This document shows, one piece after another, positions 12,294 to 22,433 of a stretch of DNA of 36,894 nucleotides. The stretch's first letter is position 1. Each line of letters begins with the position of its first letter. The DNA is taken from assembly GCA_013115125.1 (NCBI GenBank), contig JABANN010000345.1, positions 1 to 36,894 of the forward strand. The letters are read 5' to 3'. A program made the translations under genes and the position numbers. Under the pieces are notes generated by a model. That model ran no database searches and was not told the DNA's origin. It worked only from the letters and a program-made list of their open reading frames with translations. This DNA is from Perkinsus olseni (taxonomy: Eukaryota).

Positions 12294-13351
12294 ATGGCGG
12301 TATCACCGGCCAGTACACTCGGAGTGGGCCCTCTGAGTCGTGTCATCTCATACCTGGACCTGCCCTCTCTCCCAGAAGTCTCCACTGTTAACTCAGAGTT
12401 TGCAGCGGCAGTCTCTCGTCGCCTGCAAAGAATCGAGTCCGCGTCAGTTCTACAGGCTATCGCTGGGCAGCCGTCTGTCTCGGAGAGGGTCACGGACTGC
12501 ACCCTCCACTTTTGCCAAGAGGACCTATCATCTGTTATATCAGAGATCAACTTCGGCCAGTTGAAGCACTTGGATTTGAGTGCTTGTCAGTGGCTCGACG
12601 ATGCGGCCGTGATGGGCCTGTCGCACCATACGGGGAGTCTCGAATACTTGGGTAAGGCAGCCGTAATAGACCTCGCATGGAGACCTGTTCGTTCTTGTCA
12701 GATCTTTACTGGTCCGCTGCTATCAAGTCGGACACAGCCCTTTGCCACCTCATCCGGGCCAATAAAGGGCTCCGCTACCTCTCATTATCGGGCGTCAAAG
12801 CTACGACGGATCGGGTCGTCATGGCAGCATGTTCTCAGCCAGGGAGGGCGATGCTGGAAACTCTCGACCTCACGAGATGCCCACGCATCACCGACGCCTC
12901 TCTCATGGCGATTGGCTCATCATATGGCGATTCCCTGAAGGTGCTCCGTCTCTATGCGACGACTCAGTTATCTGATGATGGCTACTCGGCTCTGAAACAT
13001 CTGAGGCGTCTGGAAGTTTTGGATCTTTGCGGACATATAAACCTGTCAAGCTCAGCGGCACGGGAGTGTCTCCAGTGCATGCCTAACCTAAAGCGTTTGA
13101 ATCTAACTTGGTGTAAACAGATCGACGACTCGGTGATGGAGACCATCGGAAACTACAATACCAGAGTTCGCTGGCTCTCTGTGTTCGGCGCGAAGAACCT
13201 GACGAAGCGATCTTTGGATGCAGTCTCTGGGCTCACCCTCACCCACTGTGATTTTAGAGGGATACCTAACCTGTCTGATTACACCCTCGATGACTGTAAA
13301 GGTCTGAGGGAGCTATTTCCGAGACTAAGGGAATGGATACTTTTCTCTTAG
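12294..13351 (+). CDS. F-box/leucine-rich repeat (FBXL/AMN1-type LRR) protein, 2 exons
   Basis: Degenerate F-box (LSRVISYLDLPSLPEVSTVN) and repeated LxxLxLxxCxxIxD units (LKHLDLSACQWLDD, LETLDLTRCPRITD, LKRLNLTWCKQIDD). Intron about 12652-12701 joins ORFs 12294 and 12677. Confidence 0.85.
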
Positions 13352-13899
13352 TCGAGAATCTACTTTCTACGTTACTCCATAATTGAGTTTTTCGAGTGCT
13401 GTTGAAGGGGGAGCGATTTTCGGGAGTCCCGTAGACAACTGAGTCCCCGAGCTTTTTCAAATCTAGACAAGCCCCTCACGCGAGTCGGCTTTGAGTCTTT
13501 GGAGCCTAGGGGGTACACTTGGCAGTTAGGATGTGCAGGACCAGAAGAGAAAGGGCAAGAGTTAATCGATGTTCAATATGTAATGCTTACCCTAATGATA
13601 GTCGCAAAAACTGATCTGAGAAAGACTCGCCGTATCATCATCTTAGATCAGGAGGGCGTGGTTGGCAAACTTACAAACAGGCTTGCTTTAATGGTCGGGT
13701 TCGTGATGAGAACTCCCGCACATTCACAATCTCGACGGCTGGTGTGTGTAAGATTGAAGTCCAACAGTACGCCAGCAGTACGACTTGCTGAGACTAGCAC
13801 CGACGTACCTATCCTCGTTTCCAATGCTCTCTCAACGACAGCCGTGTATAGAGTAAGACTGTATCGTTCCCAGGATCGAACTCGTACCGTTAGCGAAGA

Positions 13900-13972
13900 G
13901 CTGGAATGGTCTAGTTGGTTATGACGACTGCCTAACATGCAGTGGTCCCGAGTTCGATTCTCGGTTCCAGTA
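13900..13972 (+). tRNA. tRNA-Val (AAC), copy 1
   Basis: Cloverleaf: acceptor GCTGGAA/TTCCAGT, anticodon arm ACTGC-CTAACAT-GCAGT (AAC 13934-13936), T arm CCGAG-TTCGATT-CTCGG. The variable loop is 1 nt shorter than in copy 2. Confidence 0.9.
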
Positions 13973-14046
13973 TTTGTTCGTTGGCTGCTTTCTACACTCT
14001 AGGACAAGCATTGTTGCCGGCAGAAGGCTACAGGATGTCCTGACTA

Positions 14047-14128
14047 TGAGTGCTGTGGGGTTCGAACCCACGCGGACCGCGTCCAGTGGATCTTAAGTCC
14101 ACCCCCTTAACCACTCGGGCAAACACTC
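14047..14128 (-). tRNA. tRNA-Leu (TAA), copy 1
   Basis: Reverse complement GAGTGTT TGCCCGAGTGGTTAAGGGG GTGGA-CTTAAGA-TCCAC T GGAC-GCG-GTCC GC GTGGG-TTCGAAC-CCCAC AGCACTC A. Long variable arm, discriminator A. Confidence 0.93.
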
Positions 14129-14273
14129 GCTCACCTACAGGCTTCAAATCGATTTGGTGTGTATGCCTGCAAGTCCCGAGCTCGATCCTCATTCCCACTG
14201 CTTTCTCGACGACAGCCGGTTATAGAGTGAGACTGTATCGTTCCCAGGATCGAACTCGTACCGTTAGCGAATC

Positions 14274-14347
14274 GCTGGAATGGTCTAGTTGGTTATGACG
14301 ACTGCCTAACACGCAGTAGGTCCCGAGTTCGATTCTCGGTTCCAGTA
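14274..14347 (+). tRNA. tRNA-Val (AAC), copy 2
   Basis: Intact 74-nt cloverleaf with anticodon loop CTAACAC, variable loop AGGTC and T loop TTCGATT. Confidence 0.93.
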
Positions 14348-14411
14348 TTTGTTCGTTGGCTGCTTTCTACACTCTAGGACAAGCATTGAAGGCTACAGGA
14401 TGTCCTGACTA

Positions 14412-14493
14412 TGAGTGCTGTGGGGTTCCAACCCACGCGGACCGTGTCCAGTGGATCTTAAGTCCACCCCCTTCACCACTCGGGCAAACACTC
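14412..14493 (-). tRNA. tRNA-Leu (TAA), copy 2, probably defective
   Basis: Same body as copy 1, but the T loop reads TTGGAAC (invariant C56 of the B box changed to G) and there is a D-loop substitution. Confidence 0.75.
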
Positions 14494-14616
14494 GTGCCAA
14501 CACTAGTGCCAGATAAGCGTTAGACAGGCTTTTCCCGAACAATTCGGATACACACCGACTGTGAGGAGCATCGTCGACAAGCTAACACTTGCTAAGGTAT
14601 CGGCACGTTGGAATGA

Positions 14617-15155
14617 TACCTTATTGAGAGCGGCACACCTGGTAGATCTAGCCCGTTCCCGGACTCCGGCCTCCTGAAAGATCTCCCTGCTAGTACTCAG
14701 CGGGTTCTTAGCCATTGCTCTTTTCAGGCTTCTCTTTTCGCGTTCGGTGACTGAGTTCCGGTAGGGTCCTCTGGGGCGGGAGTATTGATGGGAAGGGTTC
14801 GACAGATACCTTGTGATAGTCCGCTCGCAACGGCCCAGTTTCTCCGCGATCTCGCTTTTGGGCTCTCCTAGGCAAGGAGACGCACGATCTCCGCACGCTC
14901 TTCAGTTGAGAGGAGTTTTCCGCGATCCATGGTGGGAAAAAGTCAACTAGGACTATCAAAATGGGACAGCACGCGATGGGTGTATCACTCGCGCGCGCCC
15001 TAGAAGTGAAACGGTGATCGATATGCTGTCCAAAAATTTCTAGTCAGATTTCAACTCTACTCAGCCTCATTTTACGAAAGTTTGGTTGGTAAATCCTCCG
15101 TATTCGAGAAGTTATGCGCTTTTTCCGTTTTGGACTATCAAAATCGAACACACTG
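14617..15155 (-). mobile_element. Truncated Tc1/mariner (Tc3-like) DNA transposon: 5' end plus pseudogenised transposase N-terminus
   Basis: The minus strand starts TA|CAGTGTGTTCGATTTTGATAGTCC (TA at 15156-15157). GGACTATCAAAAT is repeated at 14950-14962 and 15132-15144. From ATG 14930 the frame reads MDRGKLLSTEERAEIVRLLA*, and after a frameshift SEIAEKLGRCERTITRYLSNPSHQYSRPRG...TEREKRSLKRAMAKNPLSTSREIFQEAGV..RSTRCAAL, a paired-like double HTH. No DDE domain or second TIR was seen. Confidence 0.85.
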
Positions 15156-15283
15156 TATATTGCTACAGGCACCTAAAGTTGGGTTGACGCATCGAGTGTA
15201 GTATGACCATCTGACGTTGTGGAGAGGCATAAAGGAAAATATCACCATGGTTGCCGACAGAAGGCTATACGATGCTTCTACGA

Positions 15284-15365
15284 TGAGTGCTACGGGGTTC
15301 GAACCCACTCGGGTCGCGTTCAGTGGATTTCAAGTCCACCCCATTATCCACTCGGGCAAACACTC
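15284..15365 (-). pseudogene. Diverged tRNA-Leu paralogue with TGA (Ser) anticodon; likely tRNA pseudogene
   Basis: Reverse complement GAGTGTT TGCCCGAGTGGATAATGGG GTGGA-CTTGAAA-TCCAC TGAACGCGACCCGA GTGGG-TTCGAAC-CCCGT AGCACTC A. Same length and acceptor stem as the Leu(TAA) genes, and both flanks are homologous to theirs. Confidence 0.8.
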
Positions 15366-17288
15366 GCATATCTATTGGCGGCAAGCTGAATTGTTGTGTA
15401 TGAGCAATGAGCAGCGTTGTGCCCTGAGCAGGATTTTTCCTATTTTTTCGAACACGCACAGACTATGTGCAAGGCTAATAGGAAGGCAAGGCGCATCCGG
15501 AGGCTGCGTTGTGCCGGACTATCAACCGGTAGAAATCCACAGAAGTCAGGCTGCTCGGGTTCAGTTCCCCCGAACCTTGCGCGGGGGAACACAATCGTGA
15601 CAAGTTGTCACTGACAACTCACGCGCCTAGTGCTCATTACTACGAAACGCTCGGGTCGGCGATACAAGCTATCGGTAACGGCGCCCTCAGGAACGGTTCC
15701 TCGGCACTGCCGCCGCTTAGTATGTGGCACCGTGCCACTGGCACGTGCAGACTATGCAGTACGCAAGTCTAAAAGGCTCTGACTGTACTCAGCAGCCCGG
15801 TGGCAGAAAGGCAAACTATAGGGGCTCGTCACAGCAGACATTGCCAGAGCGAGTCACTATTTTGAGATCGCGGTGATAGGCCGGTAGGGCCAAATCGATG
15901 TTCGACGTTACAGGGCTCCCTTTCAAGCTTAGCCACTGTTTGGACCAGCGCCGTCCCCCGCACAGCGAGACGCGCAACTGTCGATCAGTTGACTTGGGAG
16001 TAGTTCGACGCCTCTGCTCAGCTGTTCACCTCCGCAGCCTGTGGAGTCCACAGTGGGGACCACAGAAGCTGCCAGCTCAAATCGTTAGGGTGGGCGTCTG
16101 GCCCAATCAGCGGCCAGTGACATCGCCATCCGTAAGTCACCACCCACCAAGTATGGCCACCAGCTCGGGTCGCGGTCTGTCCGTCGTTCACTCACTCAAA
16201 GTTTGGAGAGTTCGTGACTCCGTTGTGGGTTTTGAGGACCTTATTTTTATCCCCTGAACCATTCGACAAGGCGCATACAGAAGAGGTTTTCTAGGCCGGC
16301 GCCAATTCATTGACCACATTCAGAGCAGGCGAAAGTGCGCTCCGAATAGGATGAGGATCGAGTATAGTAAAAATCATGCTATCTGCATCCGACGTTGTAG
16401 TGATGCGTCGAGTAGACCAGAAGCATGCAGATTGCAAACGCCAGAGGTTCCATTCCGCAAAACTTAGGGAGTCCTTGGGTGAGGCATCTTGCCGGCCCCT
16501 GAACCTTGGCTCTCACCTCTATCGGCGCACACCTGAGATTGGCTGGAAGCAAGAGCCAGCCGTGATGCACAATCCATCATCCGAGAAGTATAGCCGATAC
16601 TCTATCCACAATTGCCGTGTTCACTTGAATTGGATCCGCGTTGTGTGAAATGCCAGTGTTCCACAAGTTACAAGGTCCACACCGCGTTGTGAAAGAGAAT
16701 GTTCTGCTCGCTAGAGGCTTCGGAGTCGGATGCTGTGGGTCAGTTGAGCGAGCCTGATCCCACTCCGGCCGAGCAGAGGAAAGATCTCCGAGAAGTGAGG
16801 ACGTCCAGGAAGCGTGCGATGCCAGAAGCCACGACTTCTGAGAGGTCGAAGGCAGAGAGAGTTAAGTGATGAGATAGCTGAAGTGTCCGGTCCGAACGAC
16901 GTGAGTCGGCCCAGTCCAAGTTGGACTGTCCAACCAAAAACGGGCCATTAACCATTATCATTAGTTGTGCGCACTGCCCGACGGTTACTGTGTGATCCCG
17001 GTCGGCCGACTTTGTAACGGCACTAGCAGTTCCAACGGACGAAGCCTTCTCGCAATGAGTCGAATAAAGCAAAACTTTTAAGATATGGAAACTGATGATA
17101 ATCAGAGGGCGCCCTTCCCCGAGTGTCAGGGGACTTTCTTGAAAAAACTGGAATGAACTTGGAACTGGCGGGACAACCAAAACTACTGTATTCATTCCGA
17201 TTGAGAGTCGACACATTTAATTCACTCAGTCTCGACTCCAGACTTCGACGGACCCCAGGAAGGGCCATTGTCAACGAAATATGTTCCC

Positions 17289-18827
17289 TCAGACCAGCTC
17301 GGCAGCTTCTTGGGTTTGTTTATTGACTCTCAAGCGGACTTGCCGCGCTCCCTGAGGGAGGAGTCGGACTGCAAAGGATAGCGGGGGCGTCCCTACTTTG
17401 TTAAGAAGATCGACAAGTCTCATCCGGTCTGTTAGTTCAACGACTACGACTGCTGTCAACGCTAGGACTTGCAAGATGGCCAACAGGCCAGCCTGAAGCA
17501 GGGAAGAGATATCCACTCTATTATGCGGAGTGAAGCTCACCAGCCAAATGCATGCAGTGATGCTTCCCAGGGGTGACTCAGCCACAGTATTCCGGACTCG
17601 GCACCACGAGTTCACATTGCCTGAAGAGCGCGAGTCACCGTTGCCTCTCATGATAGTCGACCTAAGTACCATAGGGGTCAGCCACCGGGTCCGCATCTGG
17701 GGGACGGATAGGCTCCTGGCCTTGAGCGATGAGCCACTGCCGGCATTCCAACACGAGCCTAGGCTAGAACTAGGATCAAACACATCGTGGTGAGGAACTA
17801 CTCGTCAGTAAGCTCTTCATCGGCCGTTACGAATAAGCCTTCGAGATACTTCTGCAAGTTCGTATCCATTGGGCCTGAGGGAGAAGCCCAGCGATCAGAG
17901 GAGCGGTGATGGACTAGGTTTCCTCACAAGAGACTGACTGAAACTCTAGAGGCTCCTCCGAACAGTTGGAGGTGCGGCAGCCTCCCCCAACACACTCGCC
18001 GAGCTCCCAAAGACTCATGAAGCCCTGCTGGTATCTGCCATGTGGTGTCATTGAAGTCCTTCCAAGAGACAGCGACAGCGTGCTACCGATCGAGGTAGTC
18101 GTGCGCTGCGGCATCCGTATGATGGTCGTAATAATTAACGTCATGGTCGGCGATATCTTGGACAACAGCCCGAAATCTGAGTCAATCATGAACCATACCG
18201 ATACGAGTGCAACTTTATTACTGAGAGATCTCAATGGCGCTTGCTAAGAAGCATACCGTCGTTGCAACCTACGGAGAGAGACGGCCATGAAGATGCTGAG
18301 AGTAGGGGGACGCACCATGAAGGTGATGTAGAGTGTTAACCTGAGCGGCTTGCGACGCCTCGGAGTTTGACAGCCAAGAACAGATACGAAAAGTGATACC
18401 AACGAGGCGAGCACAGCGAGGTACATAAAAGGATCAATTTTGAGGTCTTCGACGTCCATGTGGGCAAGGCTGCCTGAGGAAGGATGCTGCGGGCTATCAG
18501 TGTTGACAAGGATTTCACCCTCCTACCCATGGCCGCGTAGAACATTATAATAGAGAAGAGGAAAACGAGTCCATTGAGAATGTCTATGATTATTCTTCTG
18601 TATCCCGTGATAGGGGGAACAGCCCGCCAGCAGGACGGCTCCTTATTCCGCACTGGGCGCGGACGCCTTGGGGGGTCTACTCGAGCCCCCGGCTCAACAG
18701 GCCCGGTCGACAGCAGACCCTCTTCATTAGAGGGAGGAGGAGGAGGAGAAGGCGAAGACGAGGGTGACGGTGGAGAGGCGATAGTGCTGCCGTTGATGAC
18801 GAAAGTAACGCGACGATCCGCAGCCAT
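17289..18827 (-). CDS. Four-pass membrane protein, tetraspanin-like, multi-exon
   Basis: All-GT-AG splicing gives TM1 (ILNGLVFLFSIIMFYAAMG), TM2 (FMYLAVLASLVSLFVSVLGC), a short basic loop, TM3 (LTLYITFMVATTVCFLASAI), a large loop with six Cys, TM4 (ITACIWLAGLLAILQVLALTAVVVV) and a short tail. Confidence 0.65.
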
Positions 18828-18984
18828 CGTCCGGAGCCAAAACTGTCTAAAGACCGTATGGCTATCTCTGTTCTCCTTCTTCCAGTCCCTAGGGACGTGG
18901 ATTTACTCACAGAAGTTTGACCAACTGAGGAACTTCAACACGAACTAGGTTGTCATTGAAACGTTTACAGTAAAAGATGGTACG

Positions 18985-20282
18985 TCAGTCTACAAGCTTG
19001 GGTGTGACGGGTATGGTTCCTACCCATGTACCCTTCTGGACGAGTGTTTTGCTCTGCAACCAGGCTTCCCGGAGGGCCACTGCCTCTGCTGGTTCCAGGG
19101 ATACCTGTACCAGCTTACCCTTGTCCTTCGGCCGGTCTTCTCGCAGCATGATCTTAGCGGCTCTAGTGGCCACCCCAAGGCAGTCCAAGACGACCAGATC
19201 CCTCGATAGCACCACCATAGGGCCAAGAGTCTCGTCAGCCACTTCTAATACAAACCATATCATCGGCTCGGGGAGCAGCTGGCTGGCTAAGGAGGCTCTG
19301 GAGTAACCGCGTATCGGCTCCTCAAGGCATAGCTTGGGAATCACAACATATGACCCGCCGTCATCATCGAAATCGCTGATGCTGTCGGCACACAAACCGA
19401 TGGAAGTCGCAGCCTCTCGAGTGCTGGGGATGGTTGATTTCCCACAGCAGCTGCAGGCTGATAGAAGCAGGTGGGACTCGTGGAGCATTACGGTCGTCTC
19501 GGATACAAAAAGGCGGCCCTGGAGGCGGGTCCAGATTTCAGTTTCGGTAACAGATTGCCGCATGCCAGTGTGGTGGCAGTCATCCCGCTCACACTCGGCT
19601 AGGAGAGGTCCACACTCCTCACAGGCTTTTATCTCCGATCCCAACTGATAAAGACGGGCAAGTATAATCGAATCATCTCACGTTGCTCAGCTCACCTGCC
19701 AAACGACACTAGGGACTGCACAAACCTGCAGACTCCCAACATCAACCAGCTCCGCACCGCAAGAAGCACACGTCAAGATGGCCGTGGCGAGAGGAGGCTT
19801 CGACCAGTCCTCCACGAGGGCGCCTAGGAACCGTGACCCTATAGCGCTGGTAGAGGCAGAGGTGTTACTTTGGTAAGAGTCTGGCAGTTCCAATTTTGTG
19901 AAGGCTATCGGCAGAGTCATCGTCGCTTTGTCTTGGCTTATGGTGAGGCCTTTAACAGCCGATAGGCAGCTACCCCGTCCGAAGTCAATAACTAACTCCT
20001 CGATAGAAGGAGATAGCGATATGCTCAGTACTCCGCTGCTGAACTTAACCTATCCAAAGAGAGTCATGGAGGTGTTATTAATGATGCTATCACCTTCACA
20101 TCAGCATCATCAATATCAAAACCAGCCGGTGTGGTTATTAATACTCTGGCGAGCTTCAGCGTCCGTTCCATCTCAACGCGATAGCTGACACTGGCATTCA
20201 AAGCTCGAGTCAGAACGAGCCCACTCCGCTCCTCAGTAGCCGCTGAGCCTGGTTCTAGTGTTTCCGTTGCTGCTGATGCCAT
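18985..20282 (-). CDS. Cys-rich protein, possibly HECT_2 (UBE3D/Ipa1-like) family, multi-exon
   Basis: Open spliced frame from MASAATET with motifs LTCASCGAELV, VPSVVWQ..ACEEC and ACSCCG. The CxxC / PSxxW / Cys arrangement resembles HECT_2 proteins. The family call comes from motif pattern only. Confidence 0.5.
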
Positions 20283-20437
20283 GATTTGAAGGTAATGCTG
20301 TTCCCGTATGATAAGAATCAAGATCTTGTTCACGCGTCCAACGGTAAATTCGACGCCCCTGGCAGAACTACTGGTTTAACACAAGATTTTCTGAAAGTGA
20401 ACCGTTGATAATAAATCTGTGGTTATTCGAAACTGAA

Positions 20438-22051
20438 TCAGTTGTTGCTGCGAACAAAAACGCCACTGCTCCAGACGTAAAAGAGGAGGAGTATCCCTCC
20501 CAAACTCTGGACATTGCTCATCATCTTCTTCGATGTCTTATCCTGCGGGATGAGAGACTCCGGTATCGGCAGTACTTCTACGCACAGGAATATGACAACG
20601 CCGGAGAGCGAGAAGAGCGCCAGTGGGATGCAATGCAACATGTAGTAGGCCACCTGAGAAGCACTTGCGGTGAAGTGGCCAGAAAACGAGGATTCGTGAT
20701 ATTAGCGGCACTTCTGTCGTCCTGGCTTCGAGCCGTATTTTGGCGCGAAGATATTCGGAGACTGTTGGACTAACGTCATAACAAATAGCCACAACTTTCA
20801 ACAGGGTGGGGTGCGAGGGAGGAGATGAGAGGGGTGTGAAGCTGGGTATAAATTCTGTTGATTTTCCTCTTACTGTTGTGGTATGCTGGAACTACACGAG
20901 ATAAACTCCGTTACTGAGGCATGCGTATTCCTCCCGAGTAGTATCACTGCGAGCATTATCGATCTAGTGACTACAGAAGCCGAGCCGAGTTAGTCAGCAG
21001 CAAGACACTTGGGGATTCCTCGGGATTGCGGTACGAGCATGACCTAGTGCCTCCATGAACTTCCCATCCCGTTGACGGCCTTTAAATGGTCCAAGATACG
21101 TCGTAGGGGGACCGCGAGCCCCTCGCCTATTCACTCCAAAAAAATTACCGCACAAAACGTCCGCAACATTCCAGGCGCGGTCTACAGCATCAACGATGAG
21201 GCTCCACAGGTTGAAGAACCCTACGTCCAATCACGCACAGAATGTGTAGACATACTTAGCAGCATTGAAGGAGTACACCCGACCCGCCTGATTTCGCCCA
21301 GTTACTACCGCTGCCTCTGCTGATGTGAGAGTGAGGACCAATACGCAAGACGAACTGTGGCCAACTTTGACAGCAAGCGTCCTCTTGTCCGTCTTAGCAT
21401 CATCATACATATCCATGATCTCGAACCATATATGAGTTCGCCACAACATGCACAAGTGAAAGAGCCAAGAACCTATAATGAAGATGTGGAAGGGCCAACT
21501 TCCGTGACGAGCTTACCGAGAGGCGGCAAGGGTAGGTTGTTGAGTTTGCAGCTGAGGATTGGGACGAGGAAGTTGCCAGCAGCCATGCAAGGCAGCTCCC
21601 ACGGCCCTCTCCTAGAGAGAATGAGTGGCCGCCTGTTGTACGCCACGTTCACTAATAATGCCAACAACAACCATGTAATGTACCAGACCCATTCGCCTGT
21701 CAGAGCGGCCATCAATATGATTGGCAAGCCGTTGGCGAGCACGATTATGCTGGGAACTTCCGATAGCTGCTGCTTGGTCGCCTTAGCGCCGTACACGTAG
21801 TTGTTCTTCCGATCGTTTATAGCGTCCACGTCTAAGTCGGCCATATCGTTCATACCATAGACCATGAGGTTGAGAGGTAGGATACAATAGACCAGTCCTA
21901 GCCAGAACTTGAAGCTCTTGGCAAGCTCACCATGACCACCGGTGGGCCACATGTAGAGCCATACGTAAACTAGCCATAGTCCTGGACGGGATATCTTCAG
22001 TAGGGTTTTTAGATCCATCGTTTGGAACGGCCTCACGAAAAGGGATGCCAT
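20438..22051 (-). CDS. UbiA-superfamily membrane prenyltransferase, lycopene elongase (LyeJ/CrtEb)-like, 3 exons
   Basis: LKISRPGLWL, PLNLMVYGMNDMADLDVDAINDRK (NDxxDxxxD), AYNRRPL, and second acidic motif EIMDMYDDAKTDKRTLAVKVG. Last exon 20438-20653 follows intron 20654-21308. Confidence 0.85.
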
Positions 22052-22433
22052 TTTGTCAGAGAAAAGACGATAGATGATCCCGTTCAATACTGGACTGACA
22101 GGAACGGTATCAGGATATGGTTTCGCGCCATGGGTGTAGAATGAGCGCACAATTTTTACACCCGCCAGTGACAATCACTGTCCATTCAGTCAGTGGTAAT
22201 AGGTGTATCGACCCCTCCACTACGAGAATGAACAGTAAAGCAGAGTTATTACAGCCTCGTTCCTCTCTCAAGATTCGTCCGAACGGACGCGACGTTAAAA
22301 GCGAACGCCACATTGATCGATCCACACGGTCCCGTATCGTGCATGATGGACATGTGGGAGATGTCTGTGCCCTCGACTGGACCGTGAAGTATGTTTATTA
22401 TTTAGTTGGATTGGTTCTCCTCTTCTTCACACC

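Larger units (their letters stand above)
13811..14494. repeat. Tandem duplication of a ~370 bp unit carrying tRNA-Val (+) and tRNA-Leu (-)
   Basis: 13811-14129 is nearly identical to 14185-14494. The offset is 374 at the Val genes and 365 at the Leu genes, explained by a 1-nt and a 10-nt indel. Confidence 0.95.

Noticed and set aside
13499-14298. ORFs ending RVRLYRSQDRTRTVSE..EWSSWL (13499-13924, 14050-14298)
   Set aside because: They are translations of the duplicated tRNA cassette, not protein genes.
13811-14494. Repeat-spacer pattern suggestive of CRISPR
   Set aside because: Only two long units made of tRNA genes, in a eukaryotic context with no cas genes.
15284-15365. Possible selenocysteine or opal-suppressor tRNA (TCA seen on + strand)
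   Set aside because: The gene is on the - strand, so the anticodon is TGA (reads UCA), and the stem architecture is Leu-like, not tRNA-Sec.
17289-18300. Apparent frameshifts or non-canonical introns in the 4-TM gene
   Set aside because: All frame changes were resolved with ordinary GT-AG introns.
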